Part shown: positions 25,124-36,811 of the stretch, piece after piece
Position numbering within the stretch: position 1 is the stretch's first letter
Layout of the letters: every line of letters begins with the position of its first letter
Assembly (NCBI GenBank): GCA_013239625.1
Contig: MU053482.1
Coordinates: 4,115,922-4,179,921 of the forward strand
Direction: 5' to 3'
Source of the DNA: Lama guanicoe
Taxonomy: Eukaryota
DNA length: 64,000 nt
The notes under the pieces: model-generated
The model's database searches: none
What the model saw: the letters and a program-made list of their open reading frames with translations, nothing else
Told to the model about the DNA's origin: nothing
Program-made: the position numbers and the translations under genes

Positions 25124-25238
25124 CCTGATCCCGAGCTCCACATTCTCGCCTCCGTAGACCTCCATGCCTTCATCCAGTAAGCCGATCTCCTGGAAGTACT
25201 GCCGGTCCACGATGAAGCAGCCAATGAGGGCTGGGCTC
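25124..25238 (-). CDS. GALNT18: GALNT18 internal coding exon (probably exon 6), Gal/GalNAc-T motif
   Basis: ...ccctgcag|G AGC CCA...ATC AGG|gtaagc; 115 nt, phase 2 in and phase 0 out. Encodes SPALIGCFIVDRQYFQEIGLLDEGMEVYGGENVELGIR, within ORF 25070..25372. Confidence 0.96.
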
Positions 25239-25644
25239 CTGCAGGGCATGGGAAGATGGCCAGCGGTGAGCAGAGGGGCTGTCTCATGGGGGGCAGTGCT
25301 GCCTTCCTGCCAGGACAATCTGATCCTCCCCATTCCTTTGGTGCCAGAACTGGTGTGGGTCTCGTTCTCCAAGTGGCCCTCCTAGTCCACCCTCACCAGC
25401 TACTCCAGAGAGGCTGTTTCATCAGGGCAGCGACACACAGCTCCTGGCCTGGGACCAGTTGTCATTCCTGGTGGTACTTCCAAGTGTTAGCCCAGAGAAG
25501 TCCTGCTCAGCCTGCCAGTCGAGATCACGTGTCTGTATCCCTGAAATGTACAGCCAGTCTCTGTTCCTACCTGGGCATCCATACCAGCTTCCCCACCTTT
25601 TACCTCGGTCCCTTTGGAAAGATGAGCTGGGACTTTGGACAGCC

Positions 25645-26180
25645 CAGTAAATCATTTGGATTTTATCTGTAGGTAAAGGGGTATCAATGAGGAATTTTAA
25701 GCAGACAGTGGTATGAAAGAATCTGTGTTTGTAAAAAGAATATTCAGGCAGCTGTGGGGTGATTGATTGGAGGAGACTGGGTGGAAATCGAGGAATCCAG
25801 TTAGTTTATTGCTATACTCAGGTGAGAGATGAAGACCTGGACCAGAGCACCAGGAACAGAGATCGGGATTATTGAAAGCCACATTTTGATGTAAAATAGG
25901 CAGAACTTTGAAACAGATGAACTATGAAGGTGAGAGAAAAGGAGGAATCTGGATGCCAACTGGCTTTCTGCTTGGGTGACAGGGGTAGGGGCACCTGTCA
26001 ACAGGGGGACAGAGAAGAAGCTGGGTGCAGAAGGAAGAAGGATTCCAGGCTGAGAAAACTGATCTTAAGGTGCCTGTGGGTCACTAGGGGAAGACAGCCA
26101 TCCAACAGGCAGGGCCTAGGTAGCTGGTCTGGTTTGGAATTCAGCAGGGGCCTCAGGCTGGAGCAACCCCTAAGCAGCTG
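25645..26180 (-). mobile_element. L2 LINE fragment
   Basis: tttggattttatctgtagg...tttgtaaaaagaatattcaggcagctgtg...caggtgagagatgaag...gccatccaacaggcag. Confidence 0.65.
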
Positions 26181-26734
26181 GTAAGTCCTTTCCTTAGCAC
26201 ATGTGAGTGCTGCGGGCCTCACCCAGCTAGCTGTGTGCACACACCCAGCGTGGAATGTCACAAGGGGAGATGCACATTTGGTGAATCAGCATGAGCACAT
26301 GTGGGCTGCTTCTCTGCTGAGAGCATCATCTTACACAAATGACTTTGAATTGTTCCACTGCACGCTGCTACCATTTCTAGCCCTCGCATAGCATCCTATC
26401 AGCTGGCGGCTGAGGAATTGGAGGGGAAGAGTAAGAAGAGGAGAAATGAGAATCCTCAGCAATGAGAAAACTGTCACTCACATGCAAAAGAACCCATATT
26501 TGAAACTGGAAACTCATCAAGGTGGAGAAACACCTATTTTGCAGGCCATTTCTTTGGAGAATGCTGACGCAGGAGGCTGCTCAGGCAGACCAGTGCCTTG
26601 GAGTCTCTGCCTCTCCTCCTTTCAAATTACAGCCTTTTATTCCAAATGGCCTCACCTTCCATAGACCACAGGCATCCAGGTCAGTCCACCTCAATCTGTT
26701 GCTCCTTTAGGCTCAGCTCCTACTTTGGTAGGGG

Positions 26735-26930
26735 ATACTTGACCTGGACTTAGAGGCAAGTGCTAGGGGAAAGGTTCCCATTCTGGCTGTGTATCTCTGA
26801 AAGAAATTCCCTAGCCTCTCTGAGCCTCTGATTCTATATCTATGAAATAGAATCAACTATAACCTCACCAGGGTTAGATTAAATAATGTAAAACACTTGG
26901 AAACCTCTGGGACACAACTGGTACTCAAAA
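26735..26930 (+). mobile_element. MIR SINE
   Basis: agcctctctgagcctctgattctatatctatgaaatag...gattaaataatgtaaaacacttgg. Confidence 0.55.
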
Positions 26931-27229
26931 GAGCATTTTAAAAGAGGCACTTGCATATTGAAGAAGCCCAGAGAATCCCCTCTCTCTAAATGCATGGTGA
27001 TGTTAAAGCATCAGCCCTGCAGAGTGGACTCTCAAGCTTTTCCTTGACATTACTGAAATGTTGAGCAAGGCAGGGCATTCCAGGACATGCAGGAGGGGCC
27101 TTCCCCAAATGGCCAGGCTCAGTCAGGGAAAGAACAGAATCTAAAACAGTTACTCTGGGAAGAGCACAAGCCCCCTCAGTCTATTATTTATTAACCAGCT
27201 AGGGTAGTAAGTGGATTCAATCAGGCTGA

Positions 27230-27950
27230 AAGGGTTATTGATTTATATCTTGCCTCATTCCCCAAGTTAGAAATTAAGCTATTAGAAATAGCTTACAAGA
27301 AAATGTAAAATACATTGAAAAACAAAATAGATAAATGTCTGAAAATGCCAAAATTTCAGCAAAAATTAGGGGCTATTAGAATGCATGCCTCTTCCTCATG
27401 ATTCTTAAAATGGACTCATAAAGGTGACCCTGAGCTTCCTGGTGGCCAAGGTGAAAATGAATATACATGGTCTTAGAAATAAGAGTTACAGTCCCCATGT
27501 GGAAATATCATACTAATTTCTCAAGAATAGCAAGCCTTTTGGTTTGAAAGAAATTTCTCACGCCAGTCTCTTTAAAGAGGTTACTCTGGGACAAAGTGAC
27601 AACCATCTCAAAGTTATCCCTTTAGAAAGCAACAGAGTATATCTCTGGGCTTTTCTGTAGCTTACATCAGGTGTGGGCAAAGCACTAAAGTACAGCTCCA
27701 AGGAAATAGGAGATACATTTGTATAACCCACAGCTTTCTGTGGGGCTGTCTTCATCTATGGATAAAACGAGGAACATTCTTCCAAAATCTTCCATTAATA
27801 GAATTTCTCTCAGTTAAGTTTTTGATAAAAATTAGGTGATGGAAATTTTGAGGTTGAGATAATATTCTCTGTCAAGGACCTAGAATGTAGGTTTACTGAT
27901 TAAGCCCAGGCTGATACATTTAGAGATGAGTGGAACAGAAACAGCTAATA
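27230..27950 (-). mobile_element. Possible ancient L4 (RTE-X)-type LINE remnant
   Basis: tttatatcttgcctc...agcttacaag resembles the reverse of an L4-type 3' end; a similar end lies on the + strand at about 35800-35870. Confidence 0.3.
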
Positions 27951-28074
27951 CCAGTGCAGTCTCCTGCAAGAACACTCATTATGTGACAGCATATTTCCCC
28001 CCAGGAGCATTTAACAGACCTGGGGGCGGAATCCAGCCACACCAGTTCTGAGCTCAACAGTGGTGCCTGGAAGG

Positions 28075-28292
28075 GACATGACTAGGCATGGAATCTAGCT
28101 GACCCGGGTTTGGATCCTGGCCAAACTGGCCAGAGCCTTTGTCCAGGCCATTCCCCTTTGTCCATCTTGCTTTCCTTATCTTGTAAAACAGGAATGACAC
28201 CATGAACTGTCACCAGGTTATGACAAAGAGCAAATGAGACAATGTGTATAAGAGGCCCTTGCACACAGTGACCTCCCAGCAAATATTTAACA
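28075..28292 (+). mobile_element. MIR SINE
   Basis: gggtttggatcctggcc...tttccttatcttgtaaaacagga...aaatgagacaatgtgtataag. Confidence 0.65.
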
Positions 28293-28829
28293 AATACAAA
28301 ACTGTGGCAAGGGCCTAACAGATGGGGGACAGAGACCACCATGGGAGAGCAAGGTGGAGTTTGCTTCCCTCCTGTGTTTAATACGAATGCAGTATTTTTC
28401 TTCTGGCAAGAAAAACTGTGATCTTAGATAATAATCACCCACTTTCAATTAAATTTTTCATAAGCTTTCTCCCTCATGTAATACAAAGCAACATCAGTTT
28501 CTAATCTTCTCTTTCATTTCAGGAACTGTCCCCAAGGCCACCTTCTGATGCCATCTGTGTGTTTAACGGGTGGGACTTTGCAGGGAGCATAAAGACACCT
28601 GATCAGTGATTAATCAGATAGAAATAAAGGCTGGTGGGTTTGGCTATTTCAGGAGCCCTAACCCATAAAATAGAGGCTACCTAAGGGACTCACTCAGGTG
28701 TCTCTGAAGGCAGTAGTGAAGGCAGAGAAGTGTTTGGGATCCTGAAAGGTGGTTTGAAGCCTTTTTCTGAGTCCTACAGGATAAGCTGAAACATCAGCCA
28801 GGCATACAAGGTGCTGTGGGGGCTGGTCT

Positions 28830-29222
28830 TGCCTCTCTGCCCCTCAGCCTCATTGCCTGGGGCTGCCCCCTCACCATCCCCCTTCCTTCCAGTCCCTGTG
28901 AACCTACTCTGGGTCCAGGAACCCATTCTGCTCTTTCAAATCTGAGTGTCCTTCCTTGCCCCAACCTCGTCATCTCCTACTCACCCTTAAAAACAAGTGC
29001 AAGTGCTCCACCCTCTGAAAAGGACCCTCCCCACTGTCCACGCACTTTGCACCAGTATGGGGAATCATTTGCTATTCCCATCATTTTATTTCAATTATTT
29101 TGTTTGTCTTCACTAGACTCCGGGCTTTTAGGGGTAAAAATTGAGTCTTGATCACTCTGGATCCCCAGCACCCAGGACAGCAGTTGGCACCCAGCAGGTG
29201 TCCCACGGTGATGTGTTGACCT
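28830..29222 (+). mobile_element. L2 LINE 3' fragment
   Basis: ctcctactcacccttaaaa...tcactagactccgggcttttagggg...atccccagcacccaggacagcagttggcaccc. Confidence 0.55.
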
Positions 29223-29445
29223 GAGTCACTTTGAGCCTGTGAAAGGATTCCGGATTCTGGGTACCACAGGTCTTTGAAAAGGGATCATCAGAGGCTGTAA
29301 GCTGTGACTGAAGGTCATTTGTGATTTCTTTCCACCTCCACCTTGCCCCACCCACCGCCCCAGTTTGGGGAACAAGGGTTGGGCTGGGAGGGGAGCCCTT
29401 GCCTGGAAGACAAGGCAGAGAGACGCCCAGGGAAGGATGCTTTAC

Positions 29446-29643
29446 CTGATGGGGGCCGTGGAGTTCTCCAGCTTCCACCAGGCCTTGGGGGGGTTTAGGT
29501 AGCGGCACCACAGCTCCCAGTCAAAGCCCTGGGCGGCCAGCGGGTACTCTTCTATCTCAAAGTTGTCATATTTGATGTTGTCAAAGGATGGGGAGATGAT
29601 CCGTTTCCGGTTCTCCTTAATGCGGGTGAGCACGGGTTCAGCC
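29446..29643 (-). CDS. GALNT18: GALNT18 internal coding exon (probably exon 5)
   Basis: C-rich pyrimidine tract ending ...ccctgcccag|G GCT GAA...ATC AG|gtaaag; 198 nt, phase 2/2. The first G completes TGG (W) from the previous exon. Encodes AEPVLTRIKENRKRIISPSFDNIKYDNFEIEEYPLAAQGFDWELWCRYLNPPKAWWKLENSTAPI(R), matching ORF 29442..29633. Confidence 0.96.
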
Positions 29644-31242
29644 CTGGGCAGGGGGGAGGGAGAGAGGGGACACGGGCACTTCCTGGAGCCCCTTCCTCAC
29701 AGAAGGAGGAAGGGACGCCTGGCCATCTCCTCCAGGGAGAACTGCTCTGCCTCCCGGGAAGGAGTCCCTATTCGACTGCCCACCCCCAGACTCCTGGGGT
29801 GGCAAGAGACCGGACCCCTCCTCCAGCACGTCCCAGGCTGAGCTGACAGACTCTTAGTGCCTTAGAGCCTGGTGTCTGCTTGCTTTCCTTTTTCCCATTA
29901 GAAAAAAAAAATCAAGGCTTAAGAAAGAAGAAAGGGAACAGATCTGAGGTTCCATGGGAAGCTTTCAACTTGGGCTTTGATTTTGCTAAAATTCAGTGCA
30001 TCATCCAGGAGAGGAAGGCAGTTGAGGATGGCAGAGGCACGGGGGGTGAGAACAGACCTACTTCCACCCATCACGTGACACTGCTTCAGTTTTTCCAGAC
30101 GTGCCACCCCCACCCCACGTGTCCCCACTGCCCAAGGAGAGGTGAGGGGTCGGGCTTCCGTGGAGCCAGGAGCCCCTGTGGGCACCAAGCAAGTAAAATG
30201 TTTGCAGACAGGAATGATAAGCTTCTCATTAATAATGCATGTGTTGCATAATTGTTTATTCAAATCGGCTTGAAATAGTAAGTGTCCCTCTCCTCTCTGG
30301 CCATAAATCCACCGAAAATGCTTTTTAAATAGTCACAAATGGCAAGCAGGGACTTCAACTATAAAAAATGGCTGCATTATAGCCTTAATTCAGGCCTGTT
30401 ATGTAAAAGCATGCCCGGATCCAGTCCTGCCGTGTGCACACCGCTGCTCCGTCCTGTTAAAGGGCGCTTTTCACCACAGGGAGGCAGAGGGTGGCACCTG
30501 GAGTCTGGGGGGCACAGCGGACCTCAGCGCCATCAGGCATAGTGTACAGGGGGCAGTGCACACGGCCATTCCCAGTGCCTGGGCCCCCTACACTCAGGCT
30601 CTCTGCAAAGCCACACACAATAAGGCCACAGTATGCCTTCTAGTGTCAGGTGCCCTGTCCCTGCGTGGCTGTAGCCACCAAGGCCATGCCCCCTACCCAG
30701 CACCTGAGCAGCCCTGACCAGAGAAAGAAAGGTTTTCTAAAACCTAGTTGCACTTGTAGAAAGAACCTGAGATGCGGTGCTGCCCCTAGCCTGGCATCTG
30801 GGGCAGCCCAGGGCACCTGTGACAATGTCAAGCCACCTTACCCGCTCCTGCCCCCTTGGTCTTGGCCCTGTCTGTGGGGTTGAGCTTCTGCCTCGTGTCT
30901 GGTCAGCTCTCCCTTTCCCGGGGTTGCAGCCCGGTCCTTACTGGGCTGGCACTCTCACTTTGCCCTGAACATTTACCCCTCTCTCCCATCATGTCTCCTA
31001 GAGGAATATGCCAGCTGGAGTCACATCTGATGTCACCAACCCTGGAGACACTGTGTGTTGAAATGTTGACCCCTGACCCTCTCCCAGCCTGAAGGGCCAG
31101 CCCTGTGGCCTGAGTCACTCTCACACCCAGATCTCTTCTTCCCCCTTCAGGACTGAGATCCCAGCAGGCTTTGCACCCACATGACCCAGAGCCCCTGGAC
31201 CACAGTGGGACTCATCCTCCTCAGCTCCAGATGGGCACTTAC

Positions 31243-31426
31243 CAGCCCACGTTGAACTCCACGTGTGCATCAAAGAGCGCCACCACGGGGGCGGTGGCAG
31301 CCCTCCAGCCGCTGACCCTGGAGCGAATGAGGCCTTCCTGCTTGCTGTGGCGCACGACCTTGATGAAGCCAGGTTTCTGGCCGTTCACTTTGTCCACATA
31401 CTCTGTCAGCTTCTCCTTTAACTCCT
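31243..31426 (-). CDS. GALNT18: GALNT18 internal coding exon (probably exon 4), catalytic GT-A domain with DxH motif
   Basis: Minus strand reads tttttccctcatag|AG GAG TTA...GTG GGC TG|gtaagtg; 184 nt, phase 1 in and phase 2 out. Translates (E)ELKEKLTEYVDKVNGQKPGFIKVVRHSKQEGLIRSRVSGWRAATAPVVALFDAHVEFNVG(W), with DAH at 31263-31271. Recognised as GALNT18; exon number is from memory of the human gene. The ORF track does not show this frame. Confidence 0.95.
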
Positions 31427-32399
31427 CTATGAGGGAAAAAACGCACCGTTAGTGTCATGAGGGCAGTGACGATCAAGATATCCACCCCTTTGGGATAAGC
31501 TGACCCCCAGAGAGGGGCAGGAGGGGCCAGTCCCCGGGTCTTCCTTAGTGTCCCCCAGGCTGGCCAGTGCAGCTTGGCTTTGAAGGGGAAAATAGAAGCA
31601 AAACAGTGTTTATTGAGCCAAGTAGCATGCCTCTCACACATCATACATTTACTCTTCCCAACGAGCCCCTGGGAAGATGTGGCTCAGGAGGGTGATCAGT
31701 TTGTCCGCTGCAGCTTGTGAGCGGGAGTCTAGTTCAAGCCCAGTCTAATGACCGCAAAAGCCACATTCTTCTCTGTTCAGCAGCTTCCTTCTCCCCCAGT
31801 GCTTTCTGCCAGTCCTCCCCTAATCCTCAGAGAAAGCTCCATCTGCGGAGACTACCGCCCAAGACCCACGCCTAGCCTGGACCTCCATCTTCCCAGCAAG
31901 TGGATGACCAGGAGCTGTGCCTATGTTAGTGGCTGGTGTTGGTCTATTGCTGGCTGTTGCTGGGCCTGGCTAAGCATCTGATTCCCCTGCATCTTCATAA
32001 CCATAAACAGACATTAGTAGCCACGTTCATTGCATTTTCCATTGCAGCTCAGGCAATAGCCTGTTTTGCCCACCTCTCCCAAAATGATGGCCTGAGTAGA
32101 CCACATTGGCTGACCTCCAAACCCAGCATCTCCCCAGGACTTGATTTCCAATCTCCCCTCCTCCCAGCCTACCCAGGCCCAAGTCCTGGGGCAGACCCCC
32201 GCCCCAGGCTGAGCCCCGTCCTTATCAGAGGATGGCAGGAGCTGCATGTCCCTTGGTGCCCAGTCTGGGGCACCAAACAGGGAGCTCCCCAGGTGTGAGA
32301 AGAGGGCATGAGGTGTACCCCATAGGAGGAGCACAGTGTAGGAGAAAGAGGACAGCGTTTTAATTCTGCTTCCCATGTATTAGCATTGCAACCTGTTCC

Positions 32400-32909
32400 T
32401 AAACCAGTTTTTGACATCCGTGGGGATGTTTTGCATGTGGGAAGGACATGAATTTGGGGCAATCATAGAGTGGACTGTTACAGATTGAACTGTTCCCCCC
32501 CTAAAGAATATGGTGAATTCTAACACCCAGAACCCAGAATATGGCCTTATTTGGAAATAAAATCTTTACAGATTTAACCAAGTTAAGTTAGGTCATTAGG
32601 TACTAATCCAATAAGATTGATGTTCTTATAAAAGGGGGAAATTTGGACACAGAGACACACACACAGAAGGAAGACAGTGTGAAGAAATACAAAGAGATGA
32701 TGGCTATCTAGCATCCAAGGACCATCTGAGGGTCCAGAAGCTGGGAGGGATACCTGGAACAGATCCCTCCCTACCACCTTCCGAGGGAGCGCGGTCCTGC
32801 CAACACCTTAATTTTGGACTTCCAGCCTCCAGAACTGAGAGGCAATACATCTATTCTAAGCCATCCAGTTTGTGGTGCCAGATACTTTGCAGCCCTAGGA
32901 AAGGAATAT
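32400..32909 (+). mobile_element. MaLR 3' LTR (MLT1B/C-like, 32476-32909) preceded by the end of the MLT internal region
   Basis: ttttgcatgtgggaaggacatgaatttgggg...gtggac|TGTTA junction; LTR motifs ccttatttggaaata, ggacttccagcctccagaactgagag, gcagccctaggaaa. Confidence 0.8.
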
Positions 32910-33169
32910 CGTTGTTATGTGATTTCAAGTCTTTTACCACGCGATGCTGGCCAAACAAATAGGTCTGTGTGGATGGGTCAGATGTGGCCCAGAGGCTGCT
33001 CTTTTCCCTCCTGCTTGAGTTCTCATTACAGAGATGAGGAAACTGTGACTCCGAGGCTAATGCGCTGAGATGGAGGCAGGAGACTCTGGTGCTGGACAGC
33101 TACTAACAAGCCCTGTGACCTTGGGCAAGTCCCTGTGGCTCCCAAAACTCAGAGTTAGACAGGATTTGA

Positions 33170-34140
33170 AAGTTCATTTTGAACTAGCTCCCCATCAAAG
33201 GTTTGAACCCCCTCTGTGCATCCTGCTGAGTGACCATGCGGCCCCTGCAGTGACAGGGCGCCCTGGGCAATCCATTCTAGCTATTAGACGCTCTTTCTCC
33301 TTTCGCTGTCTAAAGGCCACGCCCCTCAACCTTCACTCGTTGTTCCAAGACATTTTTGGGGTCATAGAGGGCAAATTAAGGCCCTCTTCCACATGGCAAC
33401 CCTTTAGAGTTGGAGACTACCCTTCAGTCCTTGCGGAGGTTTTCTCTAGGCCAGTGTCTTCAGGTTCTCCTAGATTTCCTTGTATCTCTTAAGTTCAAGT
33501 TTTTTTCTTTTTATCATGTTGAACTTCCCTCTAATTATGTTAGTTTTCCCCTAACACTTTAAAATTATGAAGCTAGAAATTGGCCTAATTTTTCTGGAGT
33601 GAACTGGGCTATACAGAATAGAGGGAAATAATCACCTCCCTTAATCTAGATTCTATGTCCCTATTAATATAGCTGAAAGTCACACTAAATTTGCCTATTT
33701 TTGACTTGAGCTTACTGGAAACACATACCTCTTGGTTCTTTCCACATGGTGCTGCTAAGTCAGACCTCCCTCCCACCTCTTCATGTGTGTGGGTGGGTGC
33801 AGGCATGCACGTGCTCTGAGCCAAAACAGGATCTTACGTTTACTTGCCTTTAATTCAGTCTTTTAAAAGATTTATACATTTTTTTCTTTGAAAAAGTGTT
33901 TTCCCCCTGACTCTGTTATCCAGTGTCTTTGCTATCTTGCACTTCCAGCTTTCCAGCTTCTGGAGAAGTGATGAGCAGGTGGCTTTTGTTGTCATCCAGC
34001 TCATCCTTTCACATAGTGTGACCCTTGTCTGGTGGGAGGGTCAGAGGGGACTGTCAAGTGCTCTCATTCAGCCTGGAGAAAATTCAGCTGACATCTGGGC
34101 TACCATCAACACCCTATGGATCTCACTCTAGCCAATGAGA
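33170..34140 (-). mobile_element. L3/CR1 LINE fossil
   Basis: Minus-strand peptide YINRDIESRLREVIISLYS (ORF 33609..33824) resembles the CR1 ORF2 segment 'INR-I-SR-REVI-PLYS'. Confidence 0.65.
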
Positions 34141-34569
34141 AAATGACCTCACGCTCTCCAATTGGCACCGGTGACGGGGGAGGCCTGGGGACGCCGCTGT
34201 CTCTCAAATGTCAGGAAGTCGGTGGTGCAGTGGTGTAAGTCAGTGTGCCCCACACTAACAAGGTCTTCAGGCATGATTTACCAGGAGGCCTCTTAAAATA
34301 CTAACTGTTTTATGACTTCAAAGGTCCACTCACCATAATTCCTTTTTGAAATTTTAAATGGAGCCCGTAAAGTGTGGTATTTTGACTTTTGATGGTGGCC
34401 ATTAAGTGGTAAGTGCACAGGACGTGGAGTAAGAACCAGGCTAGTACTGAATGAACTCCACTCTCTGCCCCAGGGAGGACATGCCCGTTCCCTTGTCCCC
34501 CTTCCCACCTCCAGGTGAGAATCGCTGCCCTTGGGGACCACCATTACTGAGGTGTTGATGGGACAGGGC

Positions 34570-35033
34570 TGTGGCTATGATCCACAAATGATCTCCCACG
34601 AGCCCCATCTCTCTGAATTCACATCCTGTGTAGCTGCTTTGCACACTGAATCTGGGCTGATGCTGGGATGACAGGATGCAGCAGGAGGAACCCTGTGCAC
34701 ATTCTAGGCCCAGGTCCTAGGAGGTCTTGCAGCTTTTGCTTTTACTCTCTTGCTCCCCTAAGGAAGCTGGAACTAGTCTTCTAGAGGATGAGTGACCCAG
34801 GGAGTCCCCGGTCATTTAGTCACCCCACTGAAGCCCTAAACATGAATAATATCATCTCGTATCCTTCAACCCCTAGTAGATTGCAAACAGGTGAATGATC
34901 CTAGCTGACACTCTGATGTCTTGTAGAGCAGAGACAAGCTGCCTTATTGCAGAATTGTGAGCCAGTGAATGGTGGCTGTTTTAAGCCATGAACTTCTGGA
35001 GGTGGTTTGCTATACGCAAAGGCTAACAAAACA
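34570..35033 (+). mobile_element. MaLR solo LTR (MLT1F-like)
   Basis: tgtgg...cacactgaatctgggctg...gcagaattgtgagc...tgttttaagccatg...tggtttgctatacgc...aaaca. Confidence 0.7.
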
Positions 35034-36616
35034 GGATCGATTGTTCCGGTACGGTGCTGGGGTTAAAATAAGATTGTGAACTCCTGATGCACAGGAAATG
35101 AAATCAGACACAGAAAAGCCTACTTAGATGGTGGCAGCAAGAGATGAAAAGGCTTTTGCTTCTTGTAGGAGCTGCCTGCCACTTTGTACCTCTGAGCTCT
35201 ATTAACAGTGAACTTGAATAAAGGTTTCTGGTAGACTGGCTAGGAAAAAAATTCTGTTCTCAGACAGCCGCATCCCAAATATTAGCTACTGATTAGAATA
35301 GAGGATTCCCTTAGCCCCAACCAAACAACTGCTATCAAAAAAAAAATTTTTTTTAAAGGCCTGAAATACCCTAGATAACACTGGCTCAGTCTTTGCAAAG
35401 TCTCTTTACTTAATTAGGTTTTCATGCCAATTGCCAAAGCAAGAAAGGGCTATAGCAAAAGCACTTCTACATTTGCTAGAAAACTGTTGTCTAAGATATT
35501 GCCTGTTATGTATAATAAACATCCTATTATATGCTATATATAATACTTATATGATAAATACCTCTCAGAACTTAGCTGAAAAAAACATATAAAGAATTTG
35601 TGGTTTTCTTTAAACCTAAATGTAAGTACATAACCTGTCACATTTACCTTTTTGCCAAGGCTGCCAGGAAGCTCAGAAACCAATATAATGACTAATCATC
35701 TGGTTCTATCTGCATTTTTGCTTCTCTACTTTTGCTAAAGCTTTGATTTTCAAGTTCTAGTCTAAAAGCTTCACTGTCTTTTATCTTTTTTTTTTTCTTT
35801 GTAAGCTATTTTAAATTGTTTTCTGCAATATCTATACAGTGTCTTGGTAAGAGCAGGACAGGAATATAATTGCGGAAAGAAGGAGAAGGCTGTGTTTCAT
35901 GTTTGTTTTAATGTGTTGGGGAAAGTGGAGGTAGGGAGTCTGCTCTCTGAGATTTTGTCAGATTTAGAATCAGTGGCAGAGCTGTAACTAGCCAATGGTG
36001 GCAGAGAAACACAACTTGCACCCTGCATGGGGCCAGGTGTCATCCTGCTTGTGCTGCTCCTCCAGCCCTCTCCTGCTGTCCACAAATCCCTGTTCTGCTG
36101 ACATCTAAACGACCTCTGTAAATCAGCACTCCCGGAAGCCTTGCTGATGAAACACTGTTCTTCACTTAGGGGGTCACAGGCCACTCCTCACCATCCCAGC
36201 TGGTGCCTCCCCTCAGAGCCAGCTACATGCAGGCTGCTGGTCTCCTCCCCTCCTGCAGACTCAGACACCAAATGAAAATGAAAAATGCACCAGTCTGGTT
36301 AAACAGAGTGCTTTCTTCCCTCTTTACATATGCCCCTTGTACTATTCCCATAAAAAGCGATTAGCTCCAAGGGGTCACCCCAAAAGAAACAAAATGCAGG
36401 CTGAGCACAAATCTGGTACCAATGGCTGTTAATCTGATTTAAACACCTAATGAGACATCTTTCTCTCTTGCATAAAAGAAAATAAAGGATCAGGAGATTG
36501 GGGCCTGATAGGGCTTTATTCTTTGGAAGGCAGCTGCCCAGCATCCTTGTAAAACAGCCTGCCCGGCTTACCATGGAGAACCAGGTCCAGCTCCTCATCC
36601 ATCCCTCCATGCTCAG

Positions 36617-36690
36617 ATGAACACTATGCTGTGCACCAGAAACTGCCATTACATTGTAAACCGACTAAACTTCAATAAAAGAGAAAAAAA
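36617..36690 (+). mobile_element. Very short L1 3' end
   Basis: tatgctgtgcaccagaaactg...cattgtaaaccgactaaacttcaataaaa followed by an A-rich tail. Confidence 0.8.
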
Positions 36691-36802
36691 GTAAGGAGGA
36701 TGCTACTAGGCATGGAGGCTGCTAAACATCTTGCAATGCACATGACAGCCCTCCACAATCGGGAATTAGCCAGTTCAAAATGTCATCGCTGAGAAACCTT
36801 GC
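36691..36802 (+). mobile_element. MER20 (hAT-Charlie) fragment
   Basis: tgctactaggcat...gctgctaaacatcttgcaatgcacatgacagccc...caaaatgtca...tgagaaaccttg. Confidence 0.7.
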
Positions 36803-36811
36803 ACAGCGCTC

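Noticed and set aside
25239..25372. In-frame upstream extension of the 115-nt exon in the ORF track
   Set aside because: TTG start and no GALNT similarity; a canonical phase-compatible acceptor exists at 25239-25240.
31270..31644. 124-aa minus-strand ORF overlapping the 184-nt exon
   Set aside because: Wrong frame. The GALNT18 frame is fixed by the splice phases and the DAH motif.
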